Assembly: GCA_000092065.1 (NCBI GenBank)
Contig: CP000583.1
DNA length: 64,000 nt
Source of the DNA: Ostreococcus lucimarinus
Lineage: Eukaryota
Direction: 5' to 3' (one strand)
The notes under the pieces are model-generated. The model was not told the DNA's origin, did not search any database, and saw nothing but the letters and a program-made list of their open reading frames with translations. The translations under genes were made by a program, and so were the position numbers. Of the stretch, positions 18,953 to 30,129 are shown piece after piece. The stretch's first letter is position 1, and every line of letters starts with the position of its first letter.

Positions 18953-19210
18953 CTACTCCGCCTGAAGCCCCGTGGGTTGATTGAGCACCCCGAGCTGCTC
19001 CTTTTCCAACTCGATCAGCTGTTCTTCCCTGTGCAACTGCACGATGAGTGGCACGATGAGCACTAAGAACGACGTCCCGAACGTCCACGCCGCCTTCCCT
19101 GTGTGCACCGCCAACTTCCTCGTCAAACGCGACGCGTCCGCCCACCCCAATCGCACCGGCTTCGCGCTCTTCGCCTCCTCCGCGCCGTAGTCGGGCGTGA
19201 TCTCCATCAA
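18953..19210 (-). CDS. TOM22: mitochondrial import receptor TOM22, plant-type (TOM9)
   Basis: 'TGKAAWTFGTSFLVLIVPLIVQLHREEQLIELEKEQLGVL' versus Arabidopsis TOM9-2 'TGKAAWIAGTTFLILVVPLIIEMDR..Q..ELE.QQASLL'. Confidence 0.7.
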   Translation of the reverse strand: MMEITPDYGAEEAKSAKPVRLGWADASRLTRKLAVHTGKAAWTFGTSFLVLIVPLIVQLHREEQLIELEKEQLGVLNQPTGLQAE

Positions 19211-19632
19211 TAGCGTGCGAAAACCTGTGCCGTCTTCTTTTCCCCCTCGTCACGTCTCGTCGAGCGCGTCGTCGAGCGCACGCTTATGCCGTCTTCGCTC
19301 GACGCGCGCGATCGGCGGTTCGCGGTTCGCGCGCGCGCGCCGACGATCGCCCCGCGATTTAGGGTTGTGCGCGTGCGATTTATCAATCTAGTGTGTTCTC
19401 TACATGGGCGATCGAAGACGTTGAATGCGCAATTGCCCCCCGCCTCGTCGCGCGACCGGCTCGAGCGATCGATGGTCGTCATCCTCGCGCGCTAACCGCT
19501 TCGCCCGTCGCGGGCTCGCACGCGGATTGGTCGCGGCGTGACAGCGACGCGCTCGCGTCAGCTTGGTCGACATCGGCACGAGGCGGCGCTCGAGGAGTAA
19601 TCCTTGGCGCATCTCGGTGCCGCGCACTCGCC

Positions 19633-20783
19633 ATGGCGATGTCGGCGAACCCGTTCATGGCGCTCGACGAAGACGCCCCGCGCGCGCCCGCGCCGAGCGC
19701 GAAAGCGGCGAGCGCGCCCGCGAGTAAGCCGGCGACGAAAGGTGCGCGCGCCGCGCGCGACGCGAGCGCCGGGGTGGGGCGGAGACGATCGCACGGCGGC
19801 GAATGGGAATTTAACCGAGCGTTCACGCGGTCGGGACGACGATGCGCGCGCGCGAACCCGCGGACGCGCGCGACGCGACGGGAAAAGCAATGCGCGGATG
19901 AGGGTAAACCCCAATCGAGGGCTGACGATGACTGACGCTTTGATTTTTTATCTCTCACGCAGTCGCTGCGCCCGCGCGAAGCAACGGTGGCAGCAAAGCT
20001 AAGCCTGCGAAGGCGACTCGTGAATTCGAGGGCGAAGTTATCGGTGCCGAAGGCAGCAAGGGGTTCCACGCCAAGGGCGGACGAGGCGATCATAAAGGTC
20101 ACTCCCGCTCGGCTCGTCGCGGCGGACGCGGCGAAGGCGGCGAAGGCCGCCAACGCTCTCGACGCGACTTTGATCGTCGTGACGCCTCGGGTCGAGGCCA
20201 CGATGGCCACCGTGGCGGTGCCGGTAAGGGCAACTGGGGCAAAGCCGGCGACGAACTCGCCGAGCTCGGCGCCAACACCGTCGATGAAAGCGAAACCGAA
20301 CCTGAGGTCGTGGATAACTCCAGCGAGCTCACGTTCGCGCAAGCCGAAGCGCTCAAGGCCGAAAAGCGAGCGGCCCTGGCCGCTCAATGGAAGAGGCCTG
20401 AAGCTAAGGTACTCGATGGCTCTGCTCTCGAAGGCCTCAAGCTCATGTCTGGCGACGCCGACGACGCCGACTTGGACTTTGGCGGCGTCGGCGTGAAGAG
20501 CAAGCGTGACCGCACGAAGAACACCACTTCCAAGCAAAAGGTTGACGTTGGCTTCCGCATTGCTTCGACGCAACCGGCGGATGACCGTGATGACCGCGAC
20601 GACCGTCGCGGCGGTCGCGGCGGTCGCGGCGGTCGCGACTCTGGCCGTGGCGGTCGCGGTGGCCGCGACTCCGGCCGAGGTGGCCGTGGAGAAAGCTCTC
20701 GCGGTGGCCGTGGCGGTGGTGGACGTGGAGCCAACATCAAAATTGAAGACACCTCCGCCTTCCCGACGCTCGGTGGCAAGTAA
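19633..20783 (+). CDS. Stm1/SERBP1/HABP4-family mRNA- and ribosome-binding protein, 2 exons (19633..19741, 19963..20783; 221-nt GC-rich intron, phase 1)
   Basis: Exon 1 'MAMSANPFMALDEDAP' = Stm1_N motif. Exon 2 has RGG repeats and C-terminal 'FPTLGGK'. Donor GTGCGC, acceptor 'ctctcacgcag', branch point 'ctgac'. Confidence 0.75.
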
Positions 20784-21016
20784 TCGAGCCACTTGCCCCA
20801 CGCCAAGCACAACGCGCGCAACACGCGCAGGTTGTCAAGTTGGCGCAACGGCGTAGGATCTGAGACGAGCGTATGCAACGGCGCGCGAAGATACTACAGC
20901 GCAATACTCGTGTACACTTCATTTCTAATATTCACGTAGACGCTATAAAGTATTTCGCTCGTGACACGCGTCTCGTCCCGCACATACTCCGACGCTTCAC
21001 TTACTAGCGCGCAGTA

Positions 21017-22108
21017 TTGACTAAATCATCAATAGTTGCCTCTCGCGCCGTGTTAAACTCGATGACGTACGAAATACTGGAGTACTCGACCACTTCAGTC
21101 GACTTCACGCCGCACGATAGCCGGTGGATTCCGCACAGCGCGCGCTTTGTTGTCCTCGGAGAAACTGCAAAGTCAACAGGAAGACTAGGTGTCTTCAAGT
21201 TGAGCGATAGCGGCGTCACCTCAGTGTGTGAGACTGAACGAGACAGTGGTCTCAAATGCTGTACATTTGGCAGTCACACGCTTCCAGAGCGATTCATCGC
21301 TACAGGAAGTCTGAGTGGTGAGCTCGAAACGTGGGACCTCGAACATGCGTCGGAACCGCGGTCGAGCTTCAAAGCGCACCGCGGCGCAGTCAACGCTATT
21401 GACGGCATTGGGGGGGGGACACATGGAATTGGTGCGCTAGAAATTGTTACAGGTGGTCGAGATGGGACAGTGAAAGTCTGGGATACGAGGCAAGACAGTG
21501 CAGTGGCAATATTTAAATCAGTCTCCGCATCAACGTGCGAATGTTGGTGCGTCGCATTTGGAAACTCTTTCGACGAGAATGAGCGCTGCGTGTTAGCTGG
21601 TTATGAGAATGGAGACGTGAAGATGTTTGATCTTCGAGTGGGCACCGTGAGATACGAGACGAACATCGCAAATGGGGTATGCAGCGTCGAATTTGATCGA
21701 AAAGATATTACAATGAACAAATTTGTTGCGACATGCCTCGAAAGTCAATTCGTGGTGTTTGATGCGCGAACGCAACACCCGGACGATGGGTTTGCTTCAG
21801 TGACACAGAATTCATCGGTCAAAACGACAATCTGGGGTGTTCGACATCTTCCTCAGGATCGGGAGGTGTTCGCCACGCTGCTCGGTGATGGTTCAGTGGC
21901 GTTGTACAGGTATGAGTACCCGGTGAAGAGACAAAGATTGTGCCCCGCTGGCAAACCTCAAGGAGTAGCAGGAAGTGCAAAACGTATTAGTTCGACGAGT
22001 CTCGCGTCGCAGCCGATCAATAGCTGGGATTGGCACGCAGAAAAGACGGGACTTGCGGTATGTAGTGGGTTTGACCAGCACGTGCGTGTTGTTGTCATGA
22101 CTAATTGA
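21017..22108 (+). CDS. WDR92: WD repeat protein 92 (WDR92/Monad/DNAAF10), dynein-arm assembly factor
   Basis: Near-colinear with human WDR92: 'AHRGAVNAIDGIGG', 'EIVTGGRDGTVKVWDTRQ', 'CWCVAFGNSFDENERCVLAGYENGDVKMFDLR', 'NGVCSVEFDRKDITMNKFVATCLESQFVVFDARTQHP', 'VRHLPQDREVF', 'YRYEYP', 'SQPINSWDW'. Confidence 0.9.
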   Translation: MTKSSIVASRAVLNSMTYEILEYSTTSVDFTPHDSRWIPHSARFVVLGETAKSTGRLGVFKLSDSGVTSVCETERDSGLKCCTFGSHTLPERFIATGSLSGELETWDLEHASEPRSSFKAHRGAVNAIDGIGGGTHGIGALEIVTGGRDGTVKVWDTRQDSAVAIFKSVSASTCECWCVAFGNSFDENERCVLAGYENGDVKMFDLRVGTVRYETNIANGVCSVEFDRKDITMNKFVATCLESQFVVFDARTQHPDDGFASVTQNSSVKTTIWGVRHLPQDREVFATLLGDGSVALYRYEYPVKRQRLCPAGKPQGVAGSAKRISSTSLASQPINSWDWHAEKTGLAVCSGFDQHVRVVVMTN

Positions 22109-22130
22109 TTTTTATTCACATCCAAAAGAA

Positions 22131-23357
22131 TTAATCTAACGCGTCGGACTCGTCGTTATTCTGCGATGCCATAGCTTTCATCAACTGCGCGAGCATCTCC
22201 TGCATTTCGTTGTTGACGCGATCTCCATTGCGAACGTCTCGCGCCGCTCGTCTGCGGAAATCCGTCTGCTGGTAGAGTGACGCAGCTTCCGTCGACGGCG
22301 GACTGGTGTCCAAGACTTCTTTAAAATCTGAATACGCAATTGCGCGTGGCCCAACAGACGTATCCTGTCCGAATTCTCCGAATTGCGCTTGCTTCCTTTC
22401 TGCTTGAAGGAAATCTCTCACGGGGCCGTATGCCGCTTGTTTGCACAAGTCGCGCAAGTCACTCCCACTAAAGCCCTCCGTCTGTGCTGCGATCTTCCAC
22501 AGCGGGCAGTCTTGACTCGGTGATATGAAACCAGCTTCCAGATTTTCTCCCTTGAGTGTCACAGCCAGCACCTGCGCACGCTGCTCCGTGTTAGGGAGAC
22601 CAACCTCAAACGCTCTCGGAAGACGTCGCAAGATTGCTTCGTCCACATCCCATGGCCTGTTCGTCGCCCCGAGCACCATCACCTGCGCGTTGTCATCCGT
22701 GTTGAACCCATCCCAAAGCGTCATGAATTCGGTCTTCATCGTCGAAGTCGCTTCGTGCTCTCCAGACTTTCTAGTACCTAAGAACGAGTCAATCTCATCA
22801 ATGAAAATGATTGAAGGCTGAAGCTTCCAGGCCAGCGTGAAAACTGCAGATACGAGCTTCTGAGCGTCACCGAACCACTTGCTTTGCAAGGTTGACGACC
22901 GAACATTGATAAAGCAGGCACGCGATTCCTTCGCTAACGCTTTTGCCAACAAAGTTTTCCCTGTGCCCGGAGGCCCATAGAGCAAGACCCCTTTCGCCGG
23001 CTGCAAGAGTTTACCTCGCGCGAAAAGCTCGGGGCGCATGAGAGGCAAAATGACCAATTCATATAATGACTGTTTCGTATCTTCCAACCCACCGATGGAA
23101 TCAAATCGCACGTCAATGTGGTCTGGGTTGGCGACGTCGGCCGCAATCACATCCTCGTACACGTTCGTGTCTAAATTAGGTCGTCCTAAACGGCTCGCCA
23201 GCTCCTTTTTCCTCTCGATTGCCGCCTTACTCGTCTGACGGTTCGGATCTAACCTCTTGAGTCCGAAGTTCAACACGATCATAGACAGCAAGGCGCTACA
23301 ACCGATGAGGAGGAGCTCCTGCAAGACCGAAGGTTGTCCACTCTGAGCGCGACTCAT
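22131..23357 (-). CDS. AAA-ATPase ATAD1/Msp1 family (outer-membrane protein extraction ATPase)
   Basis: N-terminal TM '[17 protein letters not shown]', '[20 protein letters not shown]', '[35 protein letters not shown]', '[20 protein letters not shown]'. Confidence 0.85.
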   Translation of the reverse strand: MSRAQSGQPSVLQELLLIGCSALLSMIVLNFGLKRLDPNRQTSKAAIERKKELASRLGRPNLDTNVYEDVIAADVANPDHIDVRFDSIGGLEDTKQSLYELVILPLMRPELFARGKLLQPAKGVLLYGPPGTGKTLLAKALAKESRACFINVRSSTLQSKWFGDAQKLVSAVFTLAWKLQPSIIFIDEIDSFLGTRKSGEHEATSTMKTEFMTLWDGFNTDDNAQVMVLGATNRPWDVDEAILRRLPRAFEVGLPNTEQRAQVLAVTLKGENLEAGFISPSQDCPLWKIAAQTEGFSGSDLRDLCKQAAYGPVRDFLQAERKQAQFGEFGQDTSVGPRAIAYSDFKEVLDTSPPSTEAASLYQQTDFRRRAARDVRNGDRVNNEMQEMLAQLMKAMASQNNDESDALD

Positions 23358-23571
23358 CGTGCTTTCTTTCGCGCGTGCAAGCGGGTTGAGCTCGACGACA
23401 CTCGCGGCCGTGTGCGCAAAGATATCGTTACGTCCCAGACCGTCGTCTGCGTGCGCAAACTGATTTCACGCGCGCGTCAAAGTGAGGAGACGTATCGGAT
23501 CTCGTCCACTCTCGGGCGGTTTTTCTGTTCTGCTGGGCACAATTCTTGACAACTATACTACTCAAATAATT

Positions 23572-24438
23572 CTATTCCTGGTTCGGGGGCGCTTGTAAGC
23601 TCTTGGCGTTGAACGTAGCTTCGCGTTTGGCTCTCTCGACCCAGTTCATGGCCGCGATCGAGCCCTCTCGCGATTCCAATAATTTCTTGAGTTGGTCGTA
23701 CAGAGGTCTTTCGTCGAACTCTCCGAGAGCCTCGGCGACAATTTTGTTGTTCTCATTCGGCGCTAACGCAAACACTTGCCACTTGTTCGGGTATACTTTT
23801 AACGTACGCACGATCTCTCCTTGAATGCGCTGCTCCTTCAAGTAATACGTCTGCTCAAACTTCCCCACAAACTCTTCTGCCCGTCGCTTCCACGGCCCAA
23901 AGCCGAAGTCGCCAATGATGGCGCCCTTGGTGTTCCATTGCGGGTTAGCGATGATCTTTAGACGGAAATCGTTTTTGTTTTCGATCGCCCGCAAATCATC
24001 CAAGACCTCGGCCGTCGGAAACGAGACAACGACGTCGGAACCAAGCGTCAGAGCCGCCACTGCATCGGCGTCGTCGATGACGCGTTGTTGGCACGTCCCC
24101 TCGGCGCCGGCGTTGATTAGTCGCAGCACCTCGCTCACCATGGGCGCTAGAGCGCCGTATTGTTGACGGATCCCGCCCGGCCAATCATCAAGATCGGTAG
24201 CACCGATCAAAGGAAGGTTCAACTCGATCGCTTGCGTCGTTTTTCCGTCCCTCAACGCCGCTTCGATCGCCCCAGCGGCTTGCTCTATCTGCTCCTTCGT
24301 GTTCAACGGAAGCGATGGGAGGGCGCTGACGACGGTTCGCGCGGCTCGCGCGGCTCGCGTGCGCGTTTTATTCATCGAGCGTCGCGCGAGCGACGGCGAC
24401 ACGCGCGCATTGGTCGAACACGATGACGACGACAGCAT
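23572..24438 (-). CDS. hypothetical protein with Ser/Arg-rich presequence (probably organelle-targeted); tentatively DUF1995-like
   Basis: 'MLSSSSCSTNARVSPSLARRSMNKTRTRAARAAR' transit-like, 'ELNLPLIGATDLDDWPGG', 'IIANPQW', 'GFGPW'. The family assignment is a recollection, not verified. Confidence 0.35.
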   Translation of the reverse strand: MLSSSSCSTNARVSPSLARRSMNKTRTRAARAARTVVSALPSLPLNTKEQIEQAAGAIEAALRDGKTTQAIELNLPLIGATDLDDWPGGIRQQYGALAPMVSEVLRLINAGAEGTCQQRVIDDADAVAALTLGSDVVVSFPTAEVLDDLRAIENKNDFRLKIIANPQWNTKGAIIGDFGFGPWKRRAEEFVGKFEQTYYLKEQRIQGEIVRTLKVYPNKWQVFALAPNENNKIVAEALGEFDERPLYDQLKKLLESREGSIAAMNWVERAKREATFNAKSLQAPPNQE

Positions 24439-24562
24439 CGTCCGTTCTCGAGGCGACGTGTGCGGGTGCGACCTCCAGCCAAGCCCGCCAGACGTCCACG
24501 TGTGACGTGCGGCGACGAGGCGGGCGATGAATCGAGCCGCGACGGTGACGATAGAAACGTAA

Positions 24563-25600
24563 ATGGCAGCCCCGGATGGTGCGCGCGAGTTTTACACCGG
24601 GAAGAACGTGTGCGCGCCCATGGTGCGCATCAGCACCCTGGCGACGAGGCTCTTGGCGCACGAATACGGCGCAGACTTGGTGTACGGGGAGGAACTCGTG
24701 GACAAGCGTTTCATGCACTGCAGGCGGATATTAAATAAAGAGCTCGGAAGCGTTGATTTTATCGACGCCAAGGGCACGCTGACATTCCGCACGGTGCCAG
24801 AGGAGCGCGAGCGCGTGGTGTTTCAGGTTGGAACTTCTTCGGCGGCTTCGGCTCTGAAGAGCGCGGAACTCGTCGCCAGGGACGTAGCGGCGATTGACGT
24901 TAATATGGGGTGTCCCAAGCATTTCAGCACGTCCGGTGGGATGGGTGCGAGACTGTTGAGCCAGCCTGAATTGGTAAGAGACATATTGACCACGTTGAGG
25001 AGGAATCTGCCATCGACGACACACGTGACTTGCAAGATACGGCTGCTTGAGAGCGAGAGAGAGACAGCAGAGTTGGCGAAAATGATAGAATCTTGCGGAG
25101 TCTCTGCATTCGCAGTGCACGGCCGTTATATTCCACAGCGTCCACGCGAGCCAGCGCACTGGAATCTTATAAAGAACGTCGTTGAAGCGGTCGACTGTCC
25201 CGTCATTGCAAATGGCGATGTGGAATGTTACGAAGATTTTGCGAGAATTAGAGCCCAAACAGGCGCGGCTAGTGCCATGTGCGCAAGGGGAGCACAGTGG
25301 AACCTTTCGATATTTCGTCCAGAAGGCATGCTACCGATTGATGTGGTAAAAAAGCACTTTGTTCAAAGAGCAATCGAGTATGACAATCCGTGGAACTTTA
25401 CAAAGTTTCAGTTGCGAGAGATTTTAGTTCACAACAAGCGCATGGCTTCTGATGAGGGACAATGTCTCAATAAGTGCAAAACATGGGATGAACTCGCGGA
25501 GCTTTACTCGTTAGAAGACGTGCTGAAGGAGAGCCGAGAGAAGCGTCGGCGAGCCGCACTTCGAGACGACGACGAATACACTGACACCGTTCATCCATAG
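24563..25600 (+). CDS. DUS2: tRNA-dihydrouridine synthase, DUS2-like (no dsRBD)
   Basis: 'CAPMVRISTLATRLLAHEYGADLVYGEELVDKR', 'VVFQVGTS', 'IDVNMGCPKHFSTSGGMGARLL', 'VTCKIRLL', 'FAVHGR', 'VIANGDV'. Confidence 0.9.
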   Translation: MAAPDGAREFYTGKNVCAPMVRISTLATRLLAHEYGADLVYGEELVDKRFMHCRRILNKELGSVDFIDAKGTLTFRTVPEERERVVFQVGTSSAASALKSAELVARDVAAIDVNMGCPKHFSTSGGMGARLLSQPELVRDILTTLRRNLPSTTHVTCKIRLLESERETAELAKMIESCGVSAFAVHGRYIPQRPREPAHWNLIKNVVEAVDCPVIANGDVECYEDFARIRAQTGAASAMCARGAQWNLSIFRPEGMLPIDVVKKHFVQRAIEYDNPWNFTKFQLREILVHNKRMASDEGQCLNKCKTWDELAELYSLEDVLKESREKRRRAALRDDDEYTDTVHP

Positions 25601-25653
25601 ACGTAGCTCTTAGCGTAATTCATTTCTATAGATATCTACTACATTTCATCCAT

Positions 25654-28602
25654 CTACCTCAAATACTGCGCAACACGATGTGCACGCTCGAATATAGGAT
25701 CCAAGAATGCATTGCTTGAGCGGTGGATTTCGCTTATGAAGTGTTGCATGGCGGCCTCATCATCGAGCTCTAACGCGAACTTTGACTCAAATCTAAGCAA
25801 AGCTTTTTCGTAGTCTTGATTTATGTTGATGTCAGGGATATTCGCGTCTGCCATCAGGCTGAAAAGATTCAACAGCAACACCACCGACTCACTCTTTCGT
25901 AAGATGTTGTATGCTTCGCAACAGTAAGTCTTAAACTCACTGAAGTACTCGCCCATCGCTTCGACCATCTCTTTGCAGAGCTTCATCGATGGGGGAGAAA
26001 TCTTTGGATCACGTCCCATGATGAATCCAAAGTCAATGTGAAACAACCTTCCATCTGAGGCCAGCATCAAGTTGTCCAAGTGTCGGTCCCCCACGCCCAG
26101 CAGATACGTAATCACCGAGTACCCAGCACAACTCTTGACGAAGTTCATCATCGATGTCATCGTACATCCGTTCGGGCCGTGCGGGTCGGGATTGTGTAAA
26201 GCTATGTATGTCGTCAGCTTCTCGTGTTCCTTGAGGATGTCAGCAAGCCCTTGGGACTTGACAAACTCAATGAGTCCTGTATCATTTCCAGTGGCGAGTA
26301 CACGGTACGAAGTCAATTTCAAATCAAGATTTTCTCGCTTCAAAAGCTTGTCCATCAATGAAATCATCTGCACGCAGAGTTGATCTTGCCGTAAGTCATC
26401 GCCCTTCTTGAAGATCATCGTTGCGCTGTCCCCGGTGCTGTTGGCGAAATATAATTAATAAAAAAAATAAAGTCGAATGTGAAATAATTACTCACAGCGT
26501 CTGGAACGCGAGCTTCAATGGGCTCAGCGCAGATTTGAAAACATTACTTTCACTGAAACATGAATGATTTAACCACTCGTCGAAAACGTGCAGAAATTGA
26601 GATTTACCTCGCAAGTATGCCAGTCGTCAATACCTGAGCGAAAATTAAATAATTAGACCGTGAGAAGACAAACGAAAGCTCGCAATTCTGAACGTACCGT
26701 CGGATTCAACGGGTTGGGAATGGCCTGAGGGAACGATGTTAACACAGCACCAAGCGTATTGTCACTAGAGAGAATGGCCTGCGAAGTTAATCGCGTCAGC
26801 TCCCGAATATTTAATTAATTCAGAAATAATAATTGAACGTACCCTCAGACGCTCGACTTTACGCGCCCCACGAAGCGTGTTAACTTCTTGAGTAATGATC
26901 TACCCACGTAACGTCAGAAACGAATTAATTCGACGTAATTGATCGAAAACCGTACCGTAATCTTTTCCATCAGTTCCCGCTGGAATTTCAGTGTCTCCCA
27001 AACACTACGTCCTCGTGTATCCTTCGCCCTACTAGCTCGCTCGAACATGCGGAATGCGCTCATGCTACGTTCCGCTGCTAATCCCTCCCATCCAACTTGC
27101 AAGTACCTGCGACAAAACGCGTCAGAACCAATCTTGATACATTTAATTTAATTTAATTAATTCCACGAGGTGGAGTTCTTTGCACTAATACGTACCAGTA
27201 CAAATAGTTCCCGACGACTTCGTTCGCGACTGCGCGTTCGACTAAAAATTTCGCGAGTTCGTTGTCGTCGGCTGTTTCGTAGCGTAACGCCTGTTTGCAT
27301 TTGCGAAGAAAATTTGTTAGTGAACCCATTTAATTTAACACATCGAGCACAGAGCGCACTGAGACATAGAGTATCGACAACATGTGCGCAAACGATCCAT
27401 ACCTGAACTAACTGCAGCAAATATAGCAATAGATCTTCATTCTCAGCTTGTCTCAGGATGGAAACCGCGTAACGACGTACTTCGCTGTTCGAGAAGGTTG
27501 GTGTCAGAAGTTCCAACGCTGCGGCTGGGCCGATGGGCGCCCACTCGCGCATCAGTTGCACTGAGGCCTGCGTTTCAGCCGGATCTGACCAGTCGACACA
27601 CTTAAGGAACTTTGTTAACGCCCTTGGATCGTGACTTATGGCGAATCTAAACTTCCACAGCAAATTTTGCGATTCCATGTCCAGCGGTCGCGTGGGTGGG
27701 AGTTGGATAATTGCCGACAGCCTGCGCTTCTCGGCTCCATCTGGCTTCAACTCCATATCAATAACGCCACGACCGACACTACGCGAAAGCTTTTGATGCT
27801 TACGCTCAGCCGGGTTTTCTAACATCAAATTAACCTCGTCGTCGACGAGCCAAGTCAAGCGCTGCCAACTGTGAATCTCCAGCGGCTCCACGTCTTCTCG
27901 ACGCTCGCGAAAAATCACTGGGCGCACGTACACGGGCAGCTCTACCAAGAGTTGGAAGAAGTCATCAGTCGCCTGGGCTATACGCAACTGCATACTTCGA
28001 GCATCTCGTATGCGAGAAAACACCAAATTATCCAACCAGTTCACCGAAGGCAAAGTTCCTTGCTCATACTGCACCAAGAAACTCTCGAGCTGCTGGAGCT
28101 CCGCCTGTTGCTCCATGAACTTGGCGCCAAGTTGATCGTACTCTTTCTTCGACTCACGAGCCGTCGAGAGCGCTAAACAACGCAAACCTTGTAATAATCG
28201 ATCATCGTCCCCAAAAATATCCACTCGAGAGTATCCCAACACGGTGTTCGGCAACTTTCTCGCCGAAAGTATTCTAAATTCGAGAGACGTCTCACGAGGA
28301 AGATCTCTCACTTTGATGGGAAATCTCAGCTTTTCCTTCCACTCAGCCATTCCATCGGCGTGAACAACCATCGTTGTAGAAACTTCATTCGTAAGAGGTT
28401 CCTCGTTCGACAGCAAACGAGCGCTCACAAGAATTTCACTCTCCACGGTTCCCACTCGCGAGCGAGGCAGTTTGCCGTACAGCGCCTTGACGTGCACGTT
28501 GAAGTCTAACGAGACATCTCTGCTTGAAAAGACCTTCAAGTTCTCATCTTGAACCACGTCGGTCATCTCGAACGACCTTTTCGCCCCCCAATCGGTTCGC
28601 AC
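25654..28602 (-). CDS. VPS34: phosphatidylinositol 3-kinase catalytic subunit type 3 (VPS34), 8 exons with approximate coordinates 28602..27403, 27290..27196, 27106..26956, 26899..26843, 26778..26698, 26633..26608, 26552..26496, 26437..25654
   Basis: Exon 1 = C2 + helical domain ('VRRYAVSILRQAENEDLLLYLLQLVQ'). Middle exons = 'ALRYETADDNELAKFLVERAVANEVVGNYLYW', 'VFKSALSPLKLAFQT'. Last exon = kinase core 'IFKKGDDLRQDQLCVQMISLMDKLLKRENLDLKLTSYRVLAT', 'LGVGDRHLDNLML...GRLFHIDFGFIMGRDPK'. Seven AT-rich 55-112-nt introns with GTACG/GTATG/GTGAG/GTAAA donors, CAG/TAG acceptors and CTGAC/CTAAC branch points. Confidence 0.9.
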
Positions 28603-28922
28603 GTGCGCTAATCCACCGACTCGACCGATAACCGAATGTCGTCGGCTTTTGAATCTTCACTCGCGTCCGTCAATCCTGCGTTGCCCGCCGAGTCCGCGTG
28701 GCACACGCTTGAATAACCCACAACGCACTGGTTGCCGTCTCGCTCGCCCGCGCGCGCTCGTGCGGTTGCGCGCAGTCTGCGGTGCGCCAACGCGAACGCG
28801 ACGGGAGGAAAAAAAGCTCAGCGCGTGTGGCGCCAAAATTCCCCAGACGAGAACAGGTCGAGCAGACGCCGCCACACGAGTACGTTCAGACGGCATTCGA
28901 CGGCGTCCGCGACGCTGAGACG

Positions 28923-29972
28923 ATGCTGGCGTGTAACGCATGCTGGTGTGACCTAGACTCTGGATCGGCGTACATCGCGGCGTGCGATCACGTCTTCTGT
29001 GCGTGCGAAAGACGCGTGTGCTCTCGACCTCGACCGTTTAGGTTGCGGTTTTATTCGAATACTTCCCTCGCTCGAAGCGCGCGCATGGCGCGAGTTCGTA
29101 GAATCTGACGACAGTTGATCGACACAGGTGAAAAGGATGTGCACCTCGGCCTCGAGCAGCGACAGTGCGCGGTGTGTGCGACGAAGATGGAAGAGCGAAC
29201 TATTCGAGTCTCGGAAGTTCAACCCGACCTCGGCGAGCTTCAACGCAAGCTGACTGGCCTCAACCCGAACGACATGCTCACCGCCGTTGCGTACGGATTA
29301 AAATTTTGGGACGATCAACTCGAGCTTCGATACAGAACTGAGCTTGAAAAGTCGTTCACGAGCGCGCAAAGAAGCGCTGAGATGTACAAGAGGAAACTTC
29401 AGGTGTGTCGTCGCCTCTTGAAACGCCACATGCCATGCAAACTAACCTGATCGCACCTCCAGGACGTGCACAACGCTTATAAGAGAGCCAAGACGAAACA
29501 AGATGAACTTGCCGCTCAGTTAAAGGAACGAGAGAATGATATTGAAGAGTTACAGCATCGCTACGAAGAGAAGAGCAGAGAGAAGCGTCGTTTGGAAGAT
29601 TCAGCTGGAAGAGGCAGACCGAGCCTGGGACCACAGTTTCAGGCACGCACGGCACCTATGATGCCAGAGACTGCGGGTCGAATCGATACTCGAGGTCGTA
29701 CCGAACCTGATGGTTGGCTGCAACAACAACGGGTCTCGTCTAGCGAACTCCGCAGTCATCGTAGCTCCGAGCAACTTCACAGGAATTTACCGCAGCGTCG
29801 CACCAGTCTCACGCGCAGTTTCGACAGCGGATTGACACCTCCATCAAATTCACGCGACTCACACGAGCGCACATTTCGAGCTCTTTCTCCGTACACGCGT
29901 CAGGCAGTCGAACCACCTTCTCGGCCCGGACGTGATTCCGTCGGACTGTTCTCGAAACGACGCATATTCTGA
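28923..29972 (+). CDS. HEI10: RING-type E3 ligase HEI10/CCNB1IP1 (meiotic class-I crossover factor), 3 exons: 28923..29015, 29127..29402, 29463..29972
   Basis: Exon 1 'MLACNACWCDLDSGSAYIAACDHVFCACE' versus human 'MLLCNYRKCRIKLSGYAWVTACSHIFCDQH'. Exon 2 'QCAVCATKMEERTIRVSEV...AVAYGLKFWDDQLELRYRTE' (second CxxC of the RING, then coiled coil). Exon 3 coiled coil and Ser-rich tail ending 'LFSKRRIF' (human '...FKVKRI'). Introns 111 and 60 nt with GTGTG donors. Confidence 0.75.
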
Positions 29973-30129
29973 CGCCGATTGACAATTGAATGAACGAGTG
30001 AAACGAGTGATGACGACATGCATAATAACGATTATCTTTTATTCTCTACTAGATGGCTAAAAGAGATATGTGGTAACACGCTACGTAGGAATGTAAAGGT
30101 TTGAATGAAATGACTCGACCGTTGCCTTT

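Noticed and set aside
18891-19253. 120-codon ORF overlapping the TOM22 gene in another frame
   Set aside because: Gly/Arg-rich low complexity. The 85-codon frame gives a convincing plant-type TOM9/TOM22 with the TM helix.
26419-27156. Apparent non-coding AT-rich gap inside VPS34 with small ORFs (26914..27102, 26939..27151)
   Set aside because: Resolved as six short exons and seven introns of VPS34 by homology. The 62-aa ORF 26914..27102 is in fact exon 3 read through into an intron.
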